A stretch of DNA of 64,000 nucleotides, taken from positions 951,045 through 1,015,044 of the forward strand of contig NMRA01000077.1 in the NCBI GenBank assembly GCA_002633005.1, read 5' to 3'. This DNA is from Phoronis australis. Lineage: Eukaryota; Animalia; Phoronida. The notes below the pieces were generated by a model. The model made no database searches. It was given only the letters and a program-made list of their open reading frames with translations, and was not told the DNA's origin. Position numbers and translations under genes: made by a program. This document shows positions 1-11,701 of the stretch, piece after piece. The stretch's first letter is position 1. Each line of letters opens with the position of its first letter.

Positions 1-1339
1 GCAGTCCACTCAAGTGATCCTTGATACCCTGTAAAACATAACATTTATGTTTTATAGTCATTGTTACATTTTACATTGTTAAGATTCTCCTAAAATGTAA
101 CAAGTTCTTACATTTTATGTACTTATTATAATTTACACATATGCTCATGTGAGAAAGGTAACATTGTTACATTTTACGAAACCAACATCCTATTACCGTA
201 CTCGTCCGGGTTACCGCCCATGCTTGGCTTACCGCCCACCCTCGAAATTTCAATTTTTCATTTTTAAACGCCCATGCTCTGCTTACCACCCAACTCCAAT
301 TTTTCATGATCGAGACTTTCTTAAAACTGTCTGTGTTGCTGTGAACATTCGTTGCTTAAAACTAAAATTCCAAAACGTGTGCAACTCGCTTACCTTCGAT
401 CATTGGCAATCAATCAGTTTTAGCGGATCTAGGACCTTGCCTTACTATGGCAGTAAAATACCTGACGGGCGTATTCTCATGCACTTTACTGAAGGAGACA
501 CAATTATTTCGTTTGGCTCATGCGTGGAATTCATGTAAACATTTACTGATCACTGAGACAGCGCTTGTCGAATGTAGTTCATTCCTGGGAAGAACCAGCA
601 AAGCGGTACTTGACAGGAATTTCAGGTTTGTGGCCTACCTTTCTGTGATTTCCTGTGAGTGCCGTGACAGTACATGAAACATCACCACCCTGAGCATTGA
701 AATAAGAAAAAACACGAGCACACCGACATAATTTTGAATACAAGCAGACACGAGTCATTGTGATGAGCGAACTTGTCTTGCTGTTCCCTGCCTTGGTTAA
801 AAGCATGTTTTAAATGACTTACTCCCTACACCAAAATAGGAGGGCCCAACTAGAATTTAAGCACCCAACTATCAGCAACATCTCAAGAAATCAACTTGTC
901 TTTAAGCGCAAGTCGAAAATTCTATCCACATCCACGTCGTCAAAAACTTGTTTTTTGAACTCTTGATTTGCCTGATGTCTTTTTACATGATGTGTTTCTG
1001 CTTCATTATTTTTGCAGCCCATCCTGCCTAATAGTAGTATTGTGGGATTGTTTAGCAGTGCAGCCCGAAAACTTTGGATACCTACCCGTTTAGGAGTGGG
1101 CTTGGACAAAAAAAGTGACCCATTTAGAGAGTTATTTTGTGTAAAAAGTCTCATTTTCGCACAGTTCTGTAACAGAAATTCAAAAAAGTCACCCTTTAAG
1201 ATAGTATTTTGTTGAAAATGGCACCATTTTGGAGAGTATTTTTGCTGTGAAAAATGCCCATTGAGCGTCACTTTTTGTATACATCTCCTATAGGAGTGCC
1301 CACTGGGCTGACGTGGCAAATCTGGCTACCCCATATCAT

Positions 1340-1575
1340 TTCTATTACAATTACATCACTATTACTACTGTTACTGCTATTACTACCTTCACCACTCAAG
1401 GGTCTAGCAGTCTGCCCAAGTGGGGTCTAGCAGTGTGCCCTAGTGGGGGCTAGCAGTGTGCCCTAGTGGGGTGTAGCAGTGTGCCCTAGTGGGGTCTGGC
1501 AGTGTGCCCTAGTGGGACTCGAACTCACGACCTTGAGTTAAGGAAGCAAACTCTTACCCCACTACGCCACACTGC
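1340..1575 (-). mobile_element. tRNA-derived SINE with internal tandem repeat
   Basis: The minus strand has an A box TGGCGTAGTGG and a B box GTTCGAGTC in a tRNA-like head, then about 5 copies of a 22-23 bp unit (+ strand ctagcagtgtgccctagtgggg) and an (AGT/AAT)n-like tail. Confidence 0.7.
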
Positions 1576-3017
1576 TTCCTCTAAATATAGAACTTGGTGG
1601 TGAAATAAAAGCCGGCTTAGATAAGGTTTAAACTAGAGTTTACCAGGTTTTACTAGACTACTATACAGTCTAAATATTAAACCACCTTCATGAAATAAAA
1701 GATTATCTTTAACTTTGTCCAATTTAAACTAGGTTGGACTTTGAATCATTGGTTGCACATTTCTGCCCTTATCAGATAACCATTGGTTGCAGATTTCTGC
1801 TCTTATCAAGTAACCCACTTGTTAACTGTAAAAATAAATTGATTATGGGCTATCTCTGTCAGTGACGCAAATCTTGACACCTATAGGAGGATACGGAATT
1901 TAATTGCAAGTACTAATGCGTTGTTACGGTTAATATGTAGAACTTTGTCTACTTGTCGTCGTTTCTATCCAAAATGTACAGAACTATGAGATTGTATTTC
2001 AGTAAAAGTAAATTTAGAAAGTAGAAAACCTGTAGAATTTGATTTTTGCACATAACCATGGTTTCTTAGTATGAAGTCACAAAAAAGAAAGGTACATTCA
2101 TAGCAAAACAATCGATGTATCAGTAACATGACCAAATATCACCTGATATAAATGTTCAAGATGAAATCTCAAAAATGCTGCTTTGTTTTCTAAATTATAT
2201 TGTTTTTGTTTTCTGCAAATTATTAGTTTTTCACAGAAATCATATAAGTCTTATTTTTCATAGCCCATGCCCGTGCAAAGATCAGTTTCAAAAACAATTT
2301 CTGAAAGCGTGTTATAAAACAGTTTCATGTGTAATTTGATCAGTCATTTCTGAGACATGATGTTCCCAAGTTTGCCATTTTTCGAGAGTCCTACTTAACC
2401 TGAAAACTGCATTTCACCGTTGTTTAGCGGTTCACGATGAATTCTTCACCGAAGTGCCTTGAGGTTTAAAAACCTTACCACGCTCATCCGATCATGAATC
2501 ATTGTTAGATGAGTAGGCAAGTCAATTATTCACAGGCAATGTGTACCTGCACCATGTTCGAATTCATAATTTTAGGGTTGACCAACCCAATAAACTCTGA
2601 AGCATTTTCTTAGGTCGTTGATGGTTTTGATGTTCTTGGTAAGAAATATATAATTTATTATGAAATCATTTTTAAGGTAATGAAAGAGCGATGTGATGTT
2701 TGTTTTAGTTTAATAGCTAAACAGGATGAAATGCATCTTAAAGTGATCAAAATGTGTATGCATGAGTTTTGAGAATTAGTATCAACAGTTGTCCATCTTG
2801 CACGGTTCTAAGATTTTATTTTGTGGTGCTCACTACAAATTCATGTTGTATTGGAAACTTGGAGGTGAACTACAATTGCTTAACATGCAGAAAATCTGTC
2901 TTGATTATCATTTCTTGCTGCATTTCTACACTTTGGCTTCAAATTACAAAGTAATTGTAAACATCTATTTTTAAGTATGATTTTAAGGCTGAAATCCATG
3001 TGATTTGGATATTTCAG

Positions 3018-3149
3018 GAGAAGGGATCGGTGGCGCCCTTCTGTGGCCAGATCTGGTTAGACTTGGCAAGGAGATTGGATTCAGCCGCCCAAGAATTGTT
3101 CAAGCAAATGAGATTGTGGTTGAAGACGAGGGATTGAGGGAGATAACAG
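3018..3149 (+). CDS. AS3MT: AS3MT-like internal exon
   Basis: Acceptor atttcag ends at 3017; donor gtatgc at 3150; encodes GEGIGGALLW...EIT. Confidence 0.9.
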
Positions 3150-6100
3150 GTATGCCTACACATTCATATTTTGATATGATAAACACAAGGTAAGTCCTGA
3201 GTATGTCACAGTGTCATCCATAAAAGTTTGGAAACAAAGTTGTCATCATTGACCCTCTGGTGTAATGCTTTTTCATAATCGAAACGGAGGACTTTCTTTG
3301 TATAAAGAACAAAATGAAATCTTTTTCAAGACCAGAGCAAGAGACTGACTCACATTGTCAATAGCACAATCAGAGTAAACAAGATGGCAGGTTGTCATCA
3401 AAAGGCTCTACATAGTATCCTTTGATTTTAGCTGCATGATCAAAACCTTTTTCCTATGTCGTTACTTCAACAGATTAGCCACGTAAGCTCTAGCCTGCCC
3501 GCAGGAGTTGCCGCTAACCAACAAAACAATTTAGGAAGATATTGCCAAATTTGTTACAGACTTTAAAGAAAAAAATCCACCCACAATTAGTTTTTCTCTT
3601 ATAGTTGAACTTCACCTCACTATTCAAATAGGCCAATGTTTGTCTTGGTATTCCTTCACTCATGTGGAAGGCATATGCATATGATATAGGAGTTGTTTAT
3701 CTCACCAAAGCAAAAATAACAAATGAGTAAATAACAAAAATTTTTATCAAGATAAGCCTTTTAATTGTCACGTTCATATATTTTACACTAATACTAGACT
3801 GCAGTTCATAAATTAGTGTTTTTGGTACAATAAATGCATAAATGATTAGCATAGTGGGTCCATGGCCCCCTTGTTCATTGCAAAAAGTCTTCCAACAGTC
3901 GCAAAACATTTCAGTTTTACACTTGCACCATTCATTGCAAAGTGCAGCGTAGTTGTCTCTCATTTTAACCCCTCTGTTTGGTCCTCCTTTTAGAATAATT
4001 CTGGCTATACTCCATGGTTCTGCCAGAATCGGTAATGCCCACGTGCAAACCAAGAAGGCAATCATTTCTCTTTTCATTCCCATTGTCCAGGTAATGCAAA
4101 GTATGCCGCCGTAACATGCAGATTGTTCAAGCTACCAGCAAAGAGAGAAGAACCATCAGAAATCAAATACAAAGGAACAGTGACAGGATGTGCAAGTGAA
4201 CTAAAACTGGACTTCAGCCACATTTTCAAGGTTACCAAAGTCAAGGCATTAAAGCTTCTACACTGGCATTCTGCCCAAAAGAAACTCTAGATTTAGATCA
4301 GTGGCAGTTCCATAACTTGCTTGTTATAGAAGTGATGTCTGGGTTTGGAAAGAACTCAGAGTTGGTTATTGCTTCAGACCTGCCTCAGTAAGTTAGCTGG
4401 ACGTTGTTTGGTACTTTATGTGCCCAAAAAATAACCAACTGGTCATTCCAAGCCCAGACAACACTTCTGATCTGAGTAAAGAACATGCATTATGGTGAAA
4501 AGGTCAAAATGAAAATTTAGATTCTGCGTAGGAATACGCACAATAGGGTTCCATGAGAGAGCACACTGCGCATGACCAAACCATTAACGCACACTGATTT
4601 GATCGAATCAAATGTAGTTTTGTTTGCAGCAAATACTTACTGTTATCCTTGGATATGGCTAATGCGGTACTAAAAGCAAAGGTCTGGGAAGGCAAAGTCC
4701 ATGGATGTTGTCGGGGAAATCCTGGCGCAGGGGGAGAAAACATCAAAAAGTCCGAGTGCATCCTCGGACATGCCGTAGTTACTGCTGTGCAACTAAAACA
4801 GGGACACAGCAAACCTCAAAAGGTCTCTCTAATCCCACCTCTGTGCCTGCGGCAGCAGTGGATAGCTGTAGTGTGAGTGCTCCTTCGACAGACCCTCAAA
4901 TGACTTTATTTATTAGCTCAGTTAATAACCTGTGCAACTTGCTTCAGACGCGTTTTGAGCAAGAACGACGTTAGCATTGTGTTGAAAGTTTTTATGATGA
5001 AATTTTGAGGATAACTGCCTTGTTGACCTGGGCCCGGTCGCCAATCTCCGTACTCAGACTCGAATCATGCTCAAACTCACACTTCATACTCAACTCGAGT
5101 ACAGACTCAGCTTTGGTGTATTCAGTGTCATACTCAAAAAATCTGTACTCGAAATTTTGAACACGTATTCAATTTTCGAGTATACTCGAAATGAATGTAT
5201 TTCATCTGTATTTCGAGTACGATTTTGAGTAAAAATTCCAAGTACATGCTTCAAATTTCAAGTTTGGTTTGGCAGTGCTTGAAATCGTACTAAAAAATAA
5301 ATACAGCGGAGGTGAGACACAGACAAATTATTCCACAAGCAAAAGAAGAAAATATCGAAAAACCACGGAGAGACACAGCAAATGTTTGGCAAATTTAAGT
5401 CATCATACCATATTTCTGCACTTGAGACGGTAGTTTTCATTTTAAATCTTCTTCATCTGAACCCGTCGTATCAAAGCACTTCATTGCCGCCAATTTGAAA
5501 CTCCTTACTACGATTCCTGACAACTGGCGAACTCTAATCCCATGTCGACGAGTCATTACAAGTGTCAAAATCAGCTTTGGGGAGGGGGTTGCCCTGATTG
5601 CAGTGCGTGTGCAATGGTTTCGCTTTCCTTAAGACGACGAAGAAAGAAAAAAACAGTTTGCTTCCCTGTCAGGTACATTTCGCATCATAGTTTAGTTGTA
5701 GATAATTCCTCAGTCCCCGAATGATATGCCAGTTTTTTGCCGATTTATAAGTAGACGTCTTGTCCCATTCACTGATGAACTCTAAATGCCTGTACATGTA
5801 GTGTTTTTAACTCACACACCAAATGCCAGCTAACTTGATACATCCCAGTAAAATGAAAAGATAAAGTATCAAAGTTTTTACATCAGCATAGACCTACATG
5901 GCAATGGGTTCTATGTACAGACTAAATTAGCAAGAGAGAACAGGGGTTTACCAGGAACCATGACAACTGCGGCCCAAAAATGTCGATTGGAGTTTCAGGC
6001 TGACGTGGACAACCGTCCGACTAGAGATGAATGCCACCGCTGGCAATTAAGGTACAATTTGACCTGCCATCAAAGAAAATGTGCAGTTCGAACTCTCCTT

Positions 6101-9030
6101 TAAAAATGTTGGTTGCAGGCCTGTGAATTGGTACCAGACCCCGGGCCTGGGGTCACCGGCCTACCATTGCATATGTCACTGAGAAAGAAAATTTCAATAG
6201 TTGGTGTGACCATGCCAATTCTAGGAGTAAATGTGTCAAGTGTAGGGGAGAATGAACTCATTTTCAGACAGAGATTGTGGCTGCTCTGCTCTGGCCGACT
6301 GACTTTCTTTGATGTGATAAGCTGTTACAAATTTCTTAAGACATTTTCAGGAGATGAGGAACTTGAGAAGTAAAGCTTATCAGATAAGAAATGGTATAAG
6401 AATATTGCATTGAAACTGAATAAATGAATAACAGTTACAGAACACTCAGCATTCTACGTTCTACTCTTGTAGTGGTAGCGACAGCTGACGATAATGTAGT
6501 TGCTAGGGTAGTCTATGCAAATAGGAGCGATGAATCAGCCTGACTTTGCATGGATTTGCATTTCACGTCATAAAGAGTTCCATAGCAACTCGAGTAGGAG
6601 TCTCAGATTTAAGTGCGTTAATTGGAGTCTACTCGAAATGTGACATTAGATACGCTTTTTTTGAGTACGACTCCAGTGAGCACGATTTTGAGCATGAAAG
6701 CTTGAATATGAGTCTGAGTACGGAGATTGGAGACCGGGTCAAATGGCATGGTAACTTGCCTTTTCGTGCCATATTGCGTCACCATGAGAAAACAACCAAC
6801 ACTGAACGGCTGATAGCTGTAGTTTCCGTTATATTTGGGCAGATTGAGTTTTTTGGCAGTCATCCACTGGTTGTGAAGTTTATGAGAGAAATGGTATTTC
6901 AACTGAGACCTCCTGGAATCACTGAAGTACACTCGTATATGGGATGTTAACCTGGTGTTGAATTATTTGAGAAGTTTGTCTCCTGTAGCATCATGAACTT
7001 TTAAAAGATTTAACATTGGAAGCTTTGTTGTATGCACAGAGATATCAGATTATTCAGTTGTTGGATATTGATGATATGGTGAAAGACAAGTCTGGTTATA
7101 AGTTTATTATTCGTTCACATGTAAAACAGGGTAGACTGGGAATGCCTCCTGTTGTTGGAACTTAGAAAGTTTAACCTCCAAACACCAGGCTATATGTTTT
7201 TACTGTGGTTAAGGAATATTTGAATCGCACGTCTGACTAGGGATCCAGTCACGATTGTTGATTAGCTATGTGAGGCCTTATCATGCATTGAGTATAGACA
7301 CGGTGAGGCATTGGATTAAGCTTGTCAAGTGTAGGACAGGTATATACTTCACGGTTTGCTGCTCGTAGTACCAGTGTGTCAGCTGCTAAGCAGTATTCAG
7401 TGCCACTTTCTACAATTATAGCCACAGTTGGATGGTCATATGCATCTGATGATTATGCCTCTATGTTGCTGAATGATACGTCTGATGATTATGCCTCTAT
7501 GTTGCTGAATGATACGTCTGATGATTATGCCTCTGTGTTGCTGAATGATACGTCTGATGATTTTGCCTCTATGGTGCTGAATGATACGTCTGATGATTTT
7601 GCCTCTATGTTGCTGAATGATGCGTCTGATGATTATGCCTCTATGTTGCTGAATGATACGTCTGATGATTTTGCCTCTATGTTGCTGAATGTGGCCAAGA
7701 ATGAATGATATTTGATTTGGAACATTTATTATTGTTTCTGAATATGCATATCAGTTGCTTTAAAGTCTCCTGGAACCCTATTATGCGTATTCCTAAGCAG
7801 AATTTTGAAATTAAACAAAACTTCACTAAGTTGAAGTTTGATTTTAATTCTGCGCAGGAATATTAGCATAATAGAGGTTACATGCTGGCCTCATAGGTTT
7901 CCCTCCCATGTTGATGAGATGTTTGTTTGAGTTGGGATATGTATTTTGATTGTGGTGTTGAGCTGTTTGCAACATTATTTTTGATCTTATTATCCATATT
8001 CAACTTTAAAGAATGGTTCAGTCATGCGCAGTGCACTCTCTCATGTAACCTCTGTTATGCTAATATTTCTACGCAGAATTACAATCAAGGTGAAGTTTCG
8101 TATTAATTTCAAAATTCTATGATGGCAGAGCAGTTTTATAGTAGCTTAATGAGATTAATTGAGAAGAAATCAAGAGTAAACAATTAGACGAGATTGATTT
8201 TCTGATCATTTTCTGTTGAAGAATATCTCCTTCGAATTTCATTACTTAAGAATTTAGATATAGTTCCTCGAAGTGTCTTCTCAACTTACATTAAAAACAT
8301 TTTCGCATACTTTGAAGCACAAGCACACTACCCTTACGGTGAAGACCCACCAATTTAGAACATAATATGGCCAACAGAAAATTTTGTTTTCTCAGTTTTT
8401 TCATAGAAAATGTATAATATCTTAAAATTAATACTTTACAATGTTCAAGTTTTTGTGATGTCTACTATCACAGAAAATATTGAAAACATCAGAGCACTCA
8501 CCGCTTATGCAAAGAGACAGTGAAAATTCAGAAAAGAGCAATTATGGTAATATTTTTTGTCTGAAATTGAAGAAATTCTACCGTAAATATTTGCTTACAG
8601 ACTGGAAGTTTTGCACCAGTGGACAGAGAAGTGGCCACTATCATCAAGTCCTCTCGGTTTGCTGACAAATTTGAAGTGCAGCCAGCGAAGGAAATGACAT
8701 GCTGTGCAACAAATGAGGTACGGTACTGTATATGAGATGAGTTGACAAGACGACATATCAGTACTTGCCTTATGGCCGTTATCAATAAAAAAAGTATTGT
8801 GTTTAGACAGAGAATCCATAGTCATTCCTTCTGTGGTGGGCGCTGGGTGAATTGAAACTTTCTTAGGTTCAATTATGTAACACAGATGAAAATTCACATT
8901 TCATTTAATTTACTAACACCATATGTTAACTGGGCCATGCCATTCTTATTTTCAGGAGCTGGATCCGTTTGAATACCTGAAGAACAACTCTGTTCCAACT
9001 TCACAATGTGTCATAAAATCGTGCTCTTGA
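3018..9030 (+). CDS. AS3MT: Arsenite methyltransferase-like gene, 3' part (4 exons: 3018-3149, 4091-4230, 8601-8717, 8956-9030); 5' exons not found in the window
   Basis: Spliced translation GEGIGGALLWPDLVRLGKEIGFSRPRIVQANEIVVEDEGLREIT|GNAKYAAVTCRLFKLPAKREEPSEIKYKGTVTGCASELKLDFSHIFK|TGSFAPVDREVATIIKSSRFADKFEVQPAKEMTCCATNE|ELDPFEYLKNNSVPTSQCVIKSCS*. This parallels the AS3MT C-terminal half as I recall it (GECLGGALYW...GF.PPRLV...RLFK...Y.G.I.G...F.FK...ILKNSRFA..F...DPF...KSC). All introns are GT-AG with compatible phases. Ortholog versus paralog cannot be decided from this window. Confidence 0.88.
4091..4230 (+). CDS. AS3MT: AS3MT-like internal exon
   Basis: Acceptor tgtccag ends at 4090; donor gttacc at 4231; encodes (G)NAKYAAVTCRLFKLP...SHIFK. 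Confidence 0.88.
5031..6740. mobile_element. Non-autonomous TIR DNA element (PIF/Harbinger-like termini) nested in the DIRS element
   Basis: About 31-bp TIRs: ggcccggtcgccaatctccgtactcagactc (5031) and gagtctgagtacggagattggagaccgggtc (ends 6740), with subterminal (g)actc/gagt repeats. The superfamily is inferred from the terminal sequence only. Confidence 0.72.
7445..7690. repeat. 36-bp minisatellite, about 7 copies
   Basis: Unit tctgatgattatgcctctatgttgctgaatgatacg. Confidence 0.95.
8601..8717 (+). CDS. AS3MT: AS3MT-like internal exon
   Basis: Acceptor cttacag ends at 8600; donor gtacgg at 8718; encodes TGSFAPVDREVATIIKSSRFADKF...CCATNE. Confidence 0.87.
8956..9030 (+). CDS. AS3MT: AS3MT-like terminal coding exon
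   Basis: Acceptor ttttcag ends at 8955; encodes ELDPFEYL...KSCS with TGA at 9028-9030. Confidence 0.85.
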   Translation, partial: ELDPFEYLKNNSVPTSQCVIKSCS

Positions 9031-10589
9031 ATAGCTTACAATGCCATGATGATAATTGTTAAGTAACTTTATTCATCTCCAGTGAGAGAAGGCCAGCATA
9101 GACCTTGGGTATTCCATTTTGCTGTTTTTCTTGTCTGGTGGAAAGTGATGAAAGATAAGATCATGTACTCCTGTGGTACCATCTTGTCTGACATCTAAAT
9201 CATAATGATCACATTTGTCTGCTACCTAGCTTAGCTTTGTTTTTGGTTCATAAATGAATACATAAATAACTTTAGATCGGTCTATAAACCATTAAAACAT
9301 TACACTAGCATTTGCCCTAACTAAATTGTCTTGCATCCCCGAGAGTGACACTTCATTGGTGATAGGAACAAAGTTAACCCTACGCGACAAGCAACTTTCA
9401 GATTTCCTATTAAAATGGGACTTGTCTCAGGTTTATGAAATGGGCAATACCTCTTGGAAATTTCGTCAAAATCCCAAGGATTTGTTTTCTCGCATGAAAT
9501 GAAAAACGATCTGCTGAAAAACTTGATGTATAAAACTTTAACCACACAGCGCAACATTTGTAAAACCATGCTTGCGCAATGTTATGTAACCTCATTTACT
9601 TTTTGTTAATTTTTTTAGCTAAACAATTGTAAATTGCATTTAGCTTTTGTAACAAATGTTCAAGTTAGACTCTAATAAATACTCTTTGAAGTTGTAATAT
9701 TAAAACTTAGCAAATGTTTATAAATAACACAGTCATCAGGACTTACCCACATGTGACCACTGAATTGACCTTGAAACAGCACAGCTAGACAGTCTGACTG
9801 CGTAGTTTCTTGAGTTGGGGTTCATCTCCATTAGAATGAATGTGTATATTGAATTCGTCGCTGAAGATGGGTCTGTTTAAGTTAGCTGCATGTCCTTCCA
9901 ACTGGGAGTTCATACAGTTGCAACACTGATTTGTCAATTATAACCTTGTCACATTCACGGAATTCCGGCATTGTTTGTTTGTTGGTATTAGTGTTTTGCA
10001 GACAATAAACTGTAAGGCATGTGGATTTCAACTTTGCACTACTTTGTGATTGGTCCATGTAATATCAAAAAATTACGTATTCGGTTTTATTAACCAGTTT
10101 GTTGTAACACATTCCAGTTCATGTGAGAATTATGTATTAGTTCTTCCTACGCCTAGGAATCGTATAAAATGTGCTTGGTCTGACGCAGTAATTACCTGCC
10201 AGTTTTTCACAAGTCTAGAAATCGTATAAAGGCTGAGTAAGCAATGACGAGACCAATTTTGCAACAGTGAGCGGCCTAATTCAACAGTTGGTTTTTTACA
10301 GGTGTGGGTTTATTGGGTCATGAGATCAAATACAAACATTTAAACAGTCAAAATGAGTCATAGAAGACTTGCCCATCAATACAAGCAAAATGACAGAAAT
10401 GGGCTGTTTGACATCCTTAACGTAATGTTCAGTGTGCGTTGCCTGCCGTTACTCTGCTCATGGTATAACTGACTTGATTCAGTGAATGCTCATTTTATTA
10501 TTTTGGTGACTAAACACGCACTGAGTATAAATGCAAGAATTCAAAGCATGGTTTTCATGTGGGGACTGAAATGTTTTACCAACATTGTA

Positions 10590-11230
10590 AAAAGAGTGTT
10601 GAAATGCACCCGAAACTGCATTGCAAATGGCAAGCTTCCGAGGGTGTTAATTAGTATCATAAAATGGCCACCAGATGGTGCAGAATATGTCAAGCCTGTT
10701 TGAAAATGGGAATGCAGTGTCATTCCCCTAACAAGAAATTATTTGCCCATTTGATAAAAAATCCATTGAGGCCAACGAAAAAATCACACTCCATTAGGAG
10801 GCAAAGCGATCTGTTGTCAAGTTAATGGGAATAAACTTGCCAAATTTCACAAAGATCCTATAAAGGTTTGGGAGATACTGACGCAGATGCAAAAATGCCA
10901 CTAGGGGACACCACAGATGTTTAAAATCAACCTCTAATGCAAAAAAAAATTGTCACTAGGGGTGCCACAGTAGTTACACCCGTCCAAAAATCAACATCGG
11001 TTGTGGTTGTCTCGTCAGGAGTATCTCCGGTTTTACGGTTAGAGAGGCGGACACCAGAAAATGGATTCGATGACAATAGAAGACAAAGACGTAAACATAA
11101 ATTTCCCGCTGGGGGGAACAGTGGCTGTTGGATTGGTCTAAAACTTGTCTATCGTCAGCTTCACAGGAACATATCTGCCAAATCCTGCAGGCAATATGCA
11201 CCCCCATATGTATATGTGGGCGTATACAAA
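10590..11230 (+). mobile_element. Helentron-associated (HINE/DINE-like) non-autonomous element, degenerate copy
   Basis: 5' gagtgttgaaatgcacccg, core ccactaggggg-type repeats, and 3' hairpin gcacccccatatgtatatgtgggcgtat. Confidence 0.7.
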
Positions 11231-11659
11231 ATATGCCATTCAGAATTGAATTTAAGACACAGCCAGTTTTCCAAAACTGTGTTTTTTAAAACAAGTACAG
11301 TTTCTGTCACACACAAACAACTTTATCAGCTCCTTCTACAATCAGTCGACTCCCCAAATACCATAACTCTGTCAATCCACACAAAATATGTCCATAAATG
11401 AAAAAATGGTGATAAAAGTTACATCATTGCTTCAATGACAAGTCATTCACCACATTTCCAAACGAAACTTATCGTAGGTCATCTTTTTTCTTGTAAACAA
11501 GTGTCACTGTTAAGCCCATCCAATCTAGTTTCATAATAGGATAGTTTTTGATTCTGTATAAGTTTTGTTGAATGCACGTCCAAAACGTAAAACTGTTGAC
11601 AATGTTGAAGCTCTCGTCGACCGTGTTTTCCCCATCAGTAACCAAGTGTCACAAATCAG

Positions 11660-11701
11660 TTATGTCAATCCAAATCTTTCTGCTCTTTTCTGTTTCTTTG
11701 C
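11660..11701 (-). CDS. SARNP: SARNP terminal coding exon
   Basis: AKKQKRAERFGLT followed by TAA; acceptor atttcag. Confidence 0.9.
   Translation of the reverse strand, partial: AKKQKRAERFGLT

Larger units (their letters stand above)
4505..8116 (+). mobile_element. Decayed DIRS-type tyrosine-recombinase retrotransposon in an AS3MT-like intron
   Basis: Inverted termini: 4521-4577 (ttctgcgtaggaatacgcacaatagggttccatgagagagcacactgcgcatgac) versus 8020-8070. An internal complementary region at 7771-7884 matches both ends. A YR C-terminal remnant SRFAARSTSVSAAKQYSVPLSTIIATVGWS lies at about 7350-7440. Confidence 0.8.

Noticed and set aside
149-1319. ORFs of 129 aa (+) and 142 aa (-) at the window start
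   Set aside because: No recognisable domain; the sequence has subterminal-repeat texture typical of decayed non-autonomous DNA transposons, and no AS3MT upstream exon could be identified there.
1500-1575. Possible tRNA gene
   Set aside because: A and B boxes are present but the acceptor stem does not close, and the sequence runs into tandem repeats and a simple-repeat tail; SINE fits better.
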